Shown here: positions 1 through 11,897 of the stretch, piece after piece
How positions within the stretch are numbered: position 1 is the first letter of the stretch
How the letters are laid out: the number at the start of each line of letters is the position of its first letter
Assembly (NCBI GenBank): GCA_002189035.1
Contig: NEEC01000007.1
Coordinates: 2,108,001-2,172,000 of the forward strand
DNA: 64,000 nt
Direction: 5' to 3'
From: Utricularia gibba
Taxonomy: Eukaryota > Plantae > Magnoliophyta
Translations under genes and position numbers: made by a program
The notes under the pieces: generated by a model
The model's input: only the letters and a program-made list of their open reading frames with translations
What the model was told of the DNA's origin: nothing
Database searches by the model: none

Positions 1-147
1 TGCAGCGGCGAAGGGGTTCCTGTTTGCGACAATCCCGATCAGTACATAAACTGGGATGGCATTCATCTGACACAAGCTGCCTATGCTGGCATCTTCAACT
101 TCATTCGACCCATCCTCGAAGCAACAGCATGCTTCCCCTCACTTTGA
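1..147 (+). CDS. GDSL esterase/lipase, last exon only (5' part outside window)
   Basis: Frame 1 reads [28 protein letters not shown]...PSL* with the block V DxxH motif; 137/147 nt identical to 5755-5901. Confidence 0.9.
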   Translation, partial: CSGEGVPVCDNPDQYINWDGIHLTQAAYAGIFNFIRPILEATACFPSL

Positions 148-510
148 CATCCCATCCATGGGAATGGGACGCATTTTACGTTTTTAATAACATGCACTGT
201 TATAACTATAATGGGTTACTAGTGATTTATAATTTTTTATTTGAATATTTCATTTTATATTTTACATAATACATAATTTTTTTATTTATATTTAAAAATA
301 ATAAATACATATTTGTTTTTTGTATAAATAAAATATTTTTTATTCTTTATCAATCAAAACATATTCATATATCTCTATCCTATCTAATATCCTTATTAAA
401 ACGTTATATTTGAATTTAGTAATGAAACATATTCTATGAGTTTTTTTTCAATTAAAAATATTGAGAAAATTATTTGGAAGACTGTTGACTTATGTGACAC
501 GGGTTGGGTC

Positions 511-584
511 GGCCCATGAATTACACTCTTTGTTTACATCTCATCGGTAATATGTGGGCTGCTCTGAATTGGGCCCCGCCCTAA
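511..584. promoter_or_regulatory. Site II (TGGGCY) cluster upstream of EMG1
   Basis: GGCCCAT 511-517, TGGGCT 555-560, TGGGCC 570-575, then GCCCTAAA; typical of plant ribosome-biogenesis and housekeeping promoters. Confidence 0.55.
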
Positions 585-844
585 AGATACTAAAGCGACT
601 AAACGAAATTGCCGCCGGTCGAAACTCGGCTCCTACGTCGACTGGGTGAATCTCTGCGGCAGCCATCGAATTCCAATAGTTTATTGGTAAGGTTGGAAGA
701 GTTCGTCTTTCTTGATCCAAATTCTGTTTCTCCTGTTTCTTTTTCAGTTTTCGGTTGAGCAGGTGTTATTTCGCTTGCATTTTTCTGTAGATTGTAGCTG
801 CAATACTGCTAAGTGTCTTTGCAGATAATAGTTGAGGAACGACA

Positions 845-2740
845 ATGGTGAGGCGTTACAAAGTGAAAGGCCAAAAGAGGAAGGGGAAATCAGAGAAATA
901 TGACAAGGGGGAAGATTTTGATGAGGTTGAAGAAGAGGAAGTTGCTCCAAAGAAACTGAAATCGGAAGGATCTTTGACTGATGGAAATGAATCATCAAAG
1001 CCTGCTGATGATGAATTGCCTGGAATTCCGATTATTCCAGTGAATATGAATGATAAGCAGCAGGGAATTATTTTCATTCTTGAGAAGGCATCATTGGAAA
1101 TTGCGAAAGTCGGGAAGGTAGGCTGGTGATGAAAAATCGAGGGCTATAGTTATCTATGTTTGTAAAGTAAAACGTTTTTTGTGTTTCTCGGGCAGGATTA
1201 TCAACTTTTGAGCTCAGATGAGCACAAGAATTATTTACTGAAGAATAAGAGGAACCCTGCTGAGTATCGTCCTGACATTGCGTTCCAGGTTTCTGCGTCG
1301 TTTCTACCATTCAAATGAGATATTTACTTGAAGAATCACACTTGAAATGTTGTTAGTTGATCCATATTTGTTTGTCTGGTCAATCGCTATGAGTTATGAC
1401 TCTGTTCCAATCTAAGGCATACATCTTTGGTTACTGATTGCTCTAAATTATTAATTGCGGTTTGGACACAACTGCATTTTATTTTTGTATTCCGTGCGTA
1501 GGACAAGATAGAAGAAGTTTGATGTATTATCTGGTTTGGTACCGTGAGAAGTACTGATAATTTTGTAGCATATGCTTGTGAATCACACTGGAATCTTTTT
1601 CTTGTGATTCATTCACCAATAGAAGAACCTCCCTCATTTAGTTATCTTTTGTCATTTATTATGAGCAATTACTCTGCAGCTACTAGGATGGGATGCTACT
1701 TTCAGCTGAGTTTTTTCCTCGAACAAATGAGAAGTCAGGCTTGATTTACTGTTGCATTCGATAGCATGACAACGTCTATTGAATCTTTAATTAATATATG
1801 TATATATATATATATATTGTTTAGGCTGGGTATTATATGGTCCCAGATGCTCTGTGCTTTTCTTTGTCCCTTGGAATGATTCTTAACTCATGTGATTTGG
1901 CTACTTGTGATTCTAACAAAGTTGTACCGAACATCACATCATCTTCAGGCAATCCTAACCATCCTTGACAGCCGAGTGAACAAAAGTGGGCGATTGAAAG
2001 CGTTATACGTGAAAACATTGGGAGGTCTCCTTTTGCAGATCAAACCTTATGCTCGCATGCCAAGAACGTACAAGAGGTTTGCAGGGCTTATGGGTGAGCG
2101 TAAATGATTAAGATGTAAATACATCATTCTTGTATTTCACACATTTTCCTAATTCTCAGTGCAGCTACTGCAGAAGCTGCATATTACTGCAGCTGGTAAG
2201 GGCGAGAAACTTTGCCGTGTCATCAAGAACCCCGTTGACCAGTACTTACCAGCCAATTGTCGTAAAATAGGTAATCAGCTCTTCTCGAGTAATTGTACCC
2301 GGCACACCTCATTATCATCCTACTGATTATCATGCTATACGTATCAGGATTCTCACACAGCTCAGAAAAGTTAGTAGACATGCACAGCTATGTTGATATG
2401 ATTAACGACGAATCAAATCTTGTGTTTGTGGTACCAACAACTTCCTCATTCGTTCTCCTTCCCCTTATCTGCTGTCTACTTGACTCCCTACCGAGATTTG
2501 CATGTTTGAACTTGGTTAGGTTGGTGCTATGGCTCATGGGAAGATCGAAGAGACAAATTTCAACGATTTCATATCAAGTACGAACCAGCTACATATCATG
2601 GCTCATTGTCTCTCTGCCCTGCTTTCATTTTTGGTCTCATATCCTGCTGCCATGTTTCAGTTTCAGAGTACCCATTGAGTGCAGCATACTGCATATCTAT
2701 AATCACCACAGCACTGGAACGAAAATGGAAGATCCTGTAA
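845..2740 (+). CDS. EMG1: 18S rRNA pseudouridine methyltransferase EMG1/NEP1
   Basis: 7 exons with canonical GT-AG: 845-1117, 1196-1288, 1949-2093, 2160-2270, 2348-2430, 2520-2577, 2661-2740. Spliced protein has RPDI..Q, LDSRVNKSGRL, RMPRTYKRFAGLM, VGAMAHG and YPLSAAYC..RKWKIL*. Confidence 0.95.
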
Positions 2741-4326
2741 ACAAACTGTCATCCACAGCCGCCCCTGAAGGAAGGAAGCATAGCGCTGGAGTAGCACTTT
2801 GATGAAATGCTGCTTTTTCAAGAACTTGACATGGTGGCCATTGATTTGTTGAGTCTGTAACAGAGTTTGGTACTCCACAGCCACGCAGAGACATGTGGCA
2901 ACGCAGTCAAGAAACTAGATGTTGAATTATAATTACTCAAATCATTAATTTAATGGATACAGCACTTGCGACGTGGCAAGATCTCCGGAGACGCATCGGA
3001 CGGCCCGTATCTCATGGGAAACACGTGGTGTAACAGAAGTCCTTGGTCTTCTCACAAACTGCCCCAAAATGGGTACTTTTCTAATCTACTTTACAATGTA
3101 TCGTTGCCTGCCCATCGGGGCATTTTTTAAAAATAATCATTTTAATATTCTCTTTCATACATTAAAATTAAAATTTTATACATGCAATAGTTATTTTTTA
3201 CACACAATAATAAAATTATTTTTTGAGGCATTTATATATCTGATTATTCAATGATATTTAATAATAAAATTATTTTAAATTGTTTTTTTCTAGAAATATA
3301 ACATGTTCCAAATAAAAAATTATTTTATTTTTGGTACTTTCTAATAAAAACATAGTTAGTTTTTTTCAATTTATTATAAATAAAAAGCGTTTTTAAATTT
3401 CTATTTTTCAAAATAAAAATCACTCATATTTGATAACAAAAATACTTTTTTTGTAGTAGAAACTGGGTTGCCACCTCTCCAAGATTATTCTTCATTTACT
3501 TCTCACTAGTCAACTATCATTGTCATTAGAGAGAGAGAGAGGGAGAGGTTCCCATTTTACTTTTTTTTTTTTTGAAAAAGGGTTTTGCATTTGCCAAGTA
3601 AACGGGAATTAATCGATGAAATGGACCACTAAAAGACATTTACGTATAATTAAAAGAGGCCATCGATGTGACAGATTCCTCTAAATCCAGGGCGTTGAAA
3701 ATAATTTCTTTTACAACCCTAAAATTTAGATCTATTTTTTATTCTTTTATTAAAAAAAATTCTCACCCCCGTACAAAGTATGTTTATAAAAGATGATTTA
3801 TATATAAAAAAAAGGGTTCAAAAATAATTTTATTATCAAATCCGAAAAGCCCGTCATTGACCTTGCAAAAGGTACTCATTGGAACACAATTTTTTTTATT
3901 AGAAAAATTAATATAATGGAGTGGACGCTAAATTAAATATTCATTTTTATTAATTTGTTCCATGGTTCCATATGCTTTAGGGCAATGATCATTTTAGTTT
4001 TTTATTTTATGTTCGGGAAGGGTTCTGTGATAAACCTGTACGGACGGGAAGAGGCGTATGATAGTATAGTTTAATTAATAATGTATTTGAATTATTTATA
4101 TTTAAATAAATATACCGTTAAAATTTAAATTTTATTTGATATATATATATATAGATAATGAAAATTAGAAAAAAAATGAGTATCATTTATAAGTGTTTCA
4201 ACGCCTAGCCAGCATATGCAAATGTCTAGCTGCAGTTTGTTGAAATTCGGATTCACTCCCGTAGACATGAAAATTTGCATTAGAGTACATCTGGGTACGT
4301 TTTAGTAGGGGGGAAAAAAATGTCTA

Positions 4327-4344
4327 CATGCATGCATTCACGTG
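4327..4344 (+). promoter_or_regulatory. RY element plus G-box upstream of GDSL lipase
   Basis: CATGCATGCA 4327-4336 and CACGTG 4339-4344, about 140 nt before the ATG; this combination is known from seed-maturation promoters. Confidence 0.35.
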
Positions 4345-4477
4345 GAGGAGGGGCAGTTGTGTCATATTCTGGATTTGTGAGTCCCAAAAAGGGGAAGTTT
4401 TTCAAATTAGCGACTAAATAAATAATGTTTGCTCAATAAAAACCCTGCAAAGTCGTATATCGTTGTCAAACTGCACC

Positions 4478-5901
4478 ATGAGGTTCATCGGAAACCTATC
4501 GGTATGTTTCTTGATCTTCACTTTATTCCGTTTCTCACACGCGGCGGTCGGAGCCATCAACACTGCGAGTTGCCAAATCGACGCGATCTACCAGTTCGGC
4601 GACTCGATATCGGATACGGGGAACGTGAGGGCTCCGTACTTGCCATCCAACAAGTACCCTTACGGAAGAACTTTTCCTGGTTATGCAACGGGTCGTTGGT
4701 GTGATGGTCATCTCATTCTGGATTATGCGAGTACCATTTCGAAGCCCTTTGCCCTTTTGCTTCTTCTTTTTTGTTTTGGTTAAGTATTTTTTGATGCACA
4801 TTTGACAGCGCGTTTCTTTCGCCTCACACCGTTACGCCTGATTTCGAACTCGAGCTCGTCCTCCAACAGTGGAATCAACTTTGCCTTCGCCGGAGCTACC
4901 GCATTGGATAAGTCAACGCTTGCCAGTCTAGGAATCAGTGCACTGGATGTTCCCAGCCTTTCGACACAAGTAGGCTTGTTTAAGAACTCTATTGCGGCAC
5001 TCTGCCAAAATAAAGCAGGTAATGGATCCACTTCTCTTACAGAATATCTGTTGCTGGTTCCGACAATATGTTATGTTTTTACGACTTGTGTAGATTGCAG
5101 AAACAAGCTGAAGAAATCACTGATTTTCTTCGGCGAGATCGGAGGCAATGACATCAACTACGGGCTTCTTTCAAACAAAACGCTTGCACAGATGAAGGAT
5201 ATACTCCCTACAATTATCGATGTTATTGTTCAAAATCTAGAGGTTGGCTCCTATTCCTTTTCTTGTTTTGGTATCGCTGACACATAATGGATTGGATCCC
5301 GCTGTTCAGGCAGTGATAGACTCAGGGGCGACAAGGTTTGTGGTTCCGGGGAACTTTCCGATAGGATGCATACCATCAACGAAAAGTGAATTAGCCAGTG
5401 ACACCTCCTCATTATACGATCCGTTCGGATGCAACATCGCTGCAAACCTACTCGCAGTTGATCAAAACCTGCAACTCGTAGAGGCTCTTGCAGTTCTGAG
5501 CATCAAGCATCCTGATATCAAGATCACCTACTTAGACTACTATTCTGGGTTCAAATCACTCCTCCAACTCGCCCCCATTAACGGTAGTGGTCCTCGCATT
5601 TTCATCTCTGAGTTGCACAATCACCCCCTTATCAAGTATTGAAAATGCATTGCTTCTGGTTTTTCAAAACACCCTGTTGTTTGTAGGGTTCAAGCGGGAT
5701 CAGAGCCAACCTTGCTGTGGCACGGGTGACTACAATGTCTTCAGCTCAGGATTTTGCAGCGGCGAAGGGGTTCCTGTTTGTGACAATCCCGATAAGTACA
5801 TAAACTGGGATGGCCTTCATCTGACACAAGCCGCCTATGCTGGCATCTTCAACACCATTCAACCCTCCCTCGAAGCAACAGCATGCCTCCCCTCACTTTG
5901 A
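4478..5901 (+). CDS. GDSL esterase/lipase (acetylajmalan-esterase-like), secreted
   Basis: 5 exons: 4478-4730, 4809-5018, 5094-5242, 5310-5583, 5687-5901. Signal-peptide-like N-terminus, FGDSISDTGN, INFAFAGAT, EIGGNDINY, PGNFPIGC, DGLH. Confidence 0.93.
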
Positions 5902-6190
5902 CATCCCATCCATGGGAATGGGACGCCCTTTACGTTTGCAATAACATGCAGTGGTTGCAAATACAATGCTTTATGTAAAGCATTGTATTTCTTTAATGTT
6001 TTCTATCTATTGTATCATAGGTATGATTAAAAATGAATAAATTAGATTCCTTTAAAACTGTAAAGAGAACTGTGACTAAATCGAAAAATGGATCAAATCC
6101 AAAACCGTTCATAACACATCGCATAGAGCTTGATTTTAAACAACAATAATTCATACAATACCTTGCATTGAAGTGACCATGGTCATGGTG

Positions 6191-9100
6191 TCATCTTCTG
6201 AGGAGTTTCAGCACATCTCCAACGAGGTGCAGTGATCCTGTGACAAGAACCTGCATATTACCAGAGTTCCTCGCATCATTCTACGCCTTTCTAGATAACT
6301 AAGAAGGGAAGGGGTAGCAAGTACAATAAGATGGTGATTTGTGCAGTTTCTTAACTGTATTGTCTCCACCCTAGTGAACAATAGCATTCTGTGATACTGA
6401 CTCATACATTCTGAAGCATTCTAAGAAGTTCTAAATCTTCCTTTCCCTTTTGAATTTCAAACAGTTATATAACTCATATCACATCCTAAATTTTAGAAAG
6501 AAGATCCATTAGAACGCATGCAAACACAAACTAATAATGATTGCCCAAGACAGGACTCTGACGAGGAGTTTTCGGCCACCCATTGGAGGATTTCAAGGAG
6601 GCTTAAGCAACCCCTACGAGTAAAAAGAAGATGGAAACCGGAGAGATACTTGCACTACAGAAGTGACAAGGTTTCTGATATTACAGAACAGGAAGTTTTT
6701 GCAGCATGGATGGAGTAAGATTCGTTTCAAGGAGACACTTGAACCTTATGCTGAAAAGAAGTGTGTAGGGTGCAAGTTGTGCAAGTGATCTAACTAACCA
6801 AACAAGAAAGGCGACTGTACCTGAATCTTAAAGGAAGGGTTCTCTTTCACGTGGTTCCTTAGCCAGTTAATAGCTGATGGGAGCGAAGAAACCACAGTGC
6901 TGCAGGAACAACTCCCGTTGGTTTTATTGTGTGATGAGGCATCACCATTGATCTCAACACCAGGCAGATTAAGAGGTTTTATTTCATACACATCTGTAAT
7001 ATTGTACAAGATATTGTGACATATAAAGATCGAGAAATGAGGGATTAGTATGAAAAGCTACCTTTCTCATTCAGGATTCTCTCCCATGCTTTCTGGAGAT
7101 TCATTTGCCAAGACAAATCCTTAGGAGAAATATCACAAGGGATGGAGGAAGAGCTTGATGTAACCTTGTTATACTTTGAGATGCTTGGAACAAAAATGGT
7201 TTTCGAGAAGTGCATATCTAAAATAAGAGGAAAAAAATAGGGCACTCAAGGCATCAAACAAATAAGAGCATTCAATGCAAGAACTGTTGAGCACCAACTA
7301 CCTGAAGAAGCACACGTCCTAAAAAGCTTTGAGAGGAGAACCTCTGGGTCTCTGATGTCCATGCAGTTGAATAAAAGAATCTGCAGTACAGAGTGGCTGC
7401 ATAAGAATGCAGGAGACTATCAAATGAGATCGGAAGACTCTGTTCAATATTCCCTCATTTACTATTGTTCCCCGCACTGACTGTGGAAAATGTACCTGCT
7501 TTGAGATCGTGTCAGGAGCATTGTTTCTTCTGCTTACTTGCTGATTGATCCACATGTTTCCTCCATTCAGCATCTTTGAACCCGAAATTGGAGATAGTTT
7601 TTTATCACTGACATTCTTTGCAGCACCACAAAACCACTTGGCACAAGCTTCCATACTTTCGGGGCTGTGAGCGCCATCAAGATAGAATATTAAATCTCCA
7701 GAAGAACTTTCAGTTGCTCTAGAGGAGTTATATGTTGCGAAAGTGTCATGAACAATCTGAGCTCTTCCAGAAAGACGTGCAGTTGAAAGACCCCTCACAA
7801 ATGGTTCAGGTAAGTTTTGCTCCTCGTCAAACTGTTTCACATCCCATAGATATTAGAACTTCTAATAGAAGCCAAATTCACATACATAAGATTTTTAATA
7901 ATCCATGTTCGCTTTACCCACTTGTGGAAAGAGACTTTTCCAGTTTCCAGTCATTCGTAGCCAACTTTCACAAAGGGCAGTGGCCAGCCCAGCATTTGTG
8001 AATTGGTGATCGCCAGACAGGCTTAGTGGCACCCCTTTCAACAACTTGGAATCAAGCGGGTTAACAACTTCTAAAGGAACCTGAGAACAGTAATAAATTT
8101 GTTTTAGAAGAAATTCCGTTTTTCTAGGATGGGTAACAGAGAAAAGGCATTCAAATTTAACGGACAACCCAGCCATAACATCCAGCAACGACATGTTACC
8201 GACCAAATCACTAATTTGGCTTTATATCTGATTCAAAATAGGAATCCAAGAGATATAAAACCAATTTGAAAAAGCTGTGACACAAACGACAGTCAGGATA
8301 AGCTACAGTCACCTTCATTGCTTCTGCCTTTTCAAGAAGAGCATTCATGGCTTCAGGTGGTTGCGGCACAGTGAATGCAGGAACCTGTGTCTTTAGAAAT
8401 AGACACAGGAAAATAAAATATAATTCTTGTATGCAAAAAAACTTAAAAAAACAAAATCCACTTCGAACGCATGGGGCTTCGTTTCCTATTTATACACACT
8501 CTTGATACCTTGAAGATCCCAGCCTTCTGAGATGCAATTTCTCCAATTGTATCTCCTATAAAACAATAGAGTAACTAGATCACGTTGACTTGAAACAGCA
8601 ATGATATTACTCTTGTTTCTGTTCATCAAAATTCCCTAGTTTGAAAAAACTGAACCATTTTATACTAGCTCCATTTGTGAAACAAAACAGTATCAGATAG
8701 AAGTTTCAGGGAAAAGGGGGCAAACCTAATGATTCCATGTGGTCCATGCCAAGTGAGGTGACACCACAAACAATAGGATTCTTGATCTGCGAAAATTACA
8801 CTATCCCAGATATAGGTAGATACTCAATTTGAGTAGCCAGTGATCCAGTCAAGCAGTGAACAAGAAAGTTACCACATTGGTTGAGTCCCTGGCCCCTCCA
8901 AGTCCAACTTCAATAATAGCAACGTCAACCTATTGATAAAAAACGCTTTTATGTTAACAGTGCAAGTGGCTCCTTGTACTAGTTGTTATCAGATTTCCTC
9001 CCGCTCTCCTAAAGGACCAGAAAAACCAAAACTCCAACCAGTAATTTATCTTGGATGCTACCTTTTCGCTAACAAATATTTTGAAAGCCATTATTGTGAG

Positions 9101-10365
9101 AAACTCGAATAGGCGAGGCATTGGCAGATCCGCACTGGTGCTTTCCTAAAGCCACAAAATAAAATGTAAGAATTAACTTATTTTCTCTTTTTACATGAGT
9201 GAGCGAACATACATGGGGAATAATTATGTGAATACCTTCAACTGGCCCCAACATTCTCGGAAGTAGTGTAAAAATTTCTCTTCAGTTATATCCATCCTGT
9301 CAGAAAGAGTAATGATCAGAATCATCAGTGCTGGAAAATCCATCAGTGTACAGAAACGTTTCAAAACATGAGATTGTATTTAATTTGTAAAATGACTGAA
9401 TACCCCAGTTTCCTACAAATTTTCATAATTTCAACAATAAACACTTCTCTATTGTTTCCAACTCTATGATGCATGAAAAGATGCATTATAACTTGCTCTC
9501 ATGCAAACCTTCACATGAAGACTAACTTCAAAGAAACTGAGAAATAAATGCTAACCCTTCTAAGCGAAATCTTTCTCTAACATCGATCAAGTGGGGAGAA
9601 GTAAACATTCCTGTTCTGAATCCGCACTCTCTCAGAATTGATTCACAGAAAGTGCATGTTGAACCCTGTATATATTGAAGATAATTAATTTTGCTTAATT
9701 GAACTTAACAAGTGCATGAAACGGAAAAAAAGTACCTTCCCCTTCGTACCAGCAACGTGGATTATTTTAAGGTCATCCAATTTTTCTTTCAAATCCATGA
9801 TCTGCCAACAAGAAGCACACTTTTCAACATTTTCAATTGATGCAATGCAAATTAGAGAATGAATATATTGCATCAAAGTAACCTCCATATACATCAGCAT
9901 CCTCTCAAGTTTGTCCTTTTTGCTGAGATTTACAGGGGATCTCTCCCCACGCTTTTTGCGTGTAATAAGTGAGGAAAGGGCCTCCATCGCAGTTTCATAG
10001 TCCAAAATATTATTAATATATCCATTATGCGATCCATTCATCATATCGCCATCCATCGGTCTTGGAAGCTTAAGCAAAGCTGCCTCTGTATCTATGGCGA
10101 AGGAAGATAGATTTCTTACTGGTCACTAAACCACTAAATGCACACTAAAAAAGAGTAAGTATTGACTGCCATCAAACTAGCAATCAAGTTTACCTTGAAT
10201 CTTCACTTCAAGTTCAGTTTTTGAACTTTTCCTTCCATTTATATGTAAAGAATTAATAAACATGGGCATGAAGATCTCTGATTTAAAGAATCCATGACTT
10301 TTCTGACAACTAAATCTTGAAAGACTCCTTACTCCGGGTGGAAGTAGAGGTTGGAATGTGAGCAT
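6191..10365 (-). CDS. FPGS: Folylpolyglutamate synthase, FPGS2/DFC-like, with organellar transit peptide
   Basis: About 16 exons: first coding exon 10365-10194, then 10085-9883 and 9801-9736, last 6250-6191. Motifs [65 protein letters not shown]. The start codon is the least certain part. Confidence 0.92.
6580..6790 (+). mobile_element. Possible degenerate Ty1/copia reverse-transcriptase fragment, antisense within the last FPGS intron
   Basis: [24 protein letters not shown] and, in another frame, EKKCVGCK resemble copia FKEAL..P.W..AM..E..AL.KN and GKK.VGCKW; stops and extra spacing are present. Confidence 0.35.
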
Positions 10366-11095
10366 AGATCACTCTATTTTGCGGAGCAGCAAGGGCCTAC
10401 ATTTGGAAAAAGTTCATTGACATACAAGGACATACAAGCTGCCTGATCGCGGCAACTAAGAAAAGATTTATAGACAAAGCATCAAATGTTGACGAGACTT
10501 GAGGAAAACTAGAGAAATGAAATCAAAGAGAAAAAAAACTTTCTGTCTGTAACAAAACTCATGATAAATGAGCAAATATCCCTTTGTCGACACGACTTGG
10601 GTGTTAGGGAGTTAAAGCTACCTCCTTTATCCCCACAATCCGTCATCTTCTTCAGAAGTAACCCACGCGGACCCAAAAAAGACAAACCCAACCACAACGA
10701 AAAGGGAAATACCACTAATAAAAACCAAACCCATTTCCTCCATTCAATCCAAATAACAACGAGATGGGATAAATTGAAAAAAAAAAAAAAACACAGAAGA
10801 AGAAAGCATCACCATCTTCTCAAAATACCTTAAATAAATTCACCCCAAAGCTTCATCTCCCCAGATCTCACACACGCGATGGGGTTTCGTAGGAGGAGAT
10901 TGCTTCCTACTCCGGACTCCGAAGAGCGAAAGGCTCGTTTTGTTGCGGCACTTGGAAGTGACCGTTGTCCCCCCCTCCCCTGCATTTTTGTGATTTTCAT
11001 GAATTCTCCCCTTATTCCTAGGTTTAAAACCCGGCATATTCCTCCCGTCGAGATTCCCATAAAATAAATCCAAATGGTAAATCTTCCGGGTTACC

Positions 11096-11132
11096 CGGCC
11101 CATCAAGGGCCCAGCATCCATTGAAAGCCCAA
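11096..11132. promoter_or_regulatory. Site II cluster, probable FPGS promoter
   Basis: GGCCCA 11097-11102, GGGCCCA 11107-11113, AGCCCAA 11126-11132, upstream of the inferred FPGS leader exon. Confidence 0.5.
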
Positions 11133-11700
11133 TCCAAGATGTGACTATTTGACCCGAAAATATTTTTAATAATAAAATAAAAATTACCTTTGTAAAAATA
11201 ATAAACTTTTCTATATTTTTATTTTCATAATAAAATTGATTTTAAAACATTTCTTAAAAAATAGAAGATGACCTAAATAAATTCTTATATTATTTTGCTA
11301 TCAATCAATGACTCATCTCAATTTAATACACGACTCCCGTCTTGGTGATATGATGGATGTATTAGAAATCTGATCATTTTTCATCAAATGTAAAAAAAAA
11401 TAATCATGATAAATTAAAATTTTGTACCTTAGTGTATGAAAGAAAATGAGAGAATGACCAATTTCGTAAATAATCACCCATGTGACACAGTCTAGCAATT
11501 TGACCAAGTAGTGTGGTTGCTCTTAGGATTGTTAATTATATGGTTATTTTTATACACGAATGAAGAAATGAACAAAAATTGTGCTTTGAGTGCCTGCAGT
11601 TAACTAACACTCATACTACAAGACACTCCACGTGATTCGAATCTACGGGGAACGTGACTTTTGACCGGCTGATGACCACAGGACCAAAAAGGCTTAAAAG

Positions 11701-11897
11701 TGGGCCCTACCATTAACCATTTGGGCCCATTTCTATTTTTTTTTTTTAAAACGGTTGGCCCATTTGAAGTCCGCCTCTCTTCACCCCGCGCTCCCACATG
11801 GAGTTTAGGGTTTAGGGCAACCCCCAAACTATATACACTCAATGGAGGACATTAGGGTTTTTTAGGGTATGTTGGGACATTAGGGTTTTAGGGTTTT
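11701..11897 (+). promoter_or_regulatory. Site II plus telo-box promoter-like module with no adjacent protein-coding gene
   Basis: TGGGCC 11701 and 11723; (TTTAGGG)2 11804-11817; four more TAGGG(TTT) motifs 11853-11897; USE-like CTCCCACATGG 11791-11801; TATATA 11830. Confidence 0.55.

Noticed and set aside
10830-11121. ORFs 10830-11060 and 10840-11121 as an FPGS N-terminus
   Set aside because: No FPGS-like sequence; a stop precedes the donor, and the region overlaps the Site II promoter.
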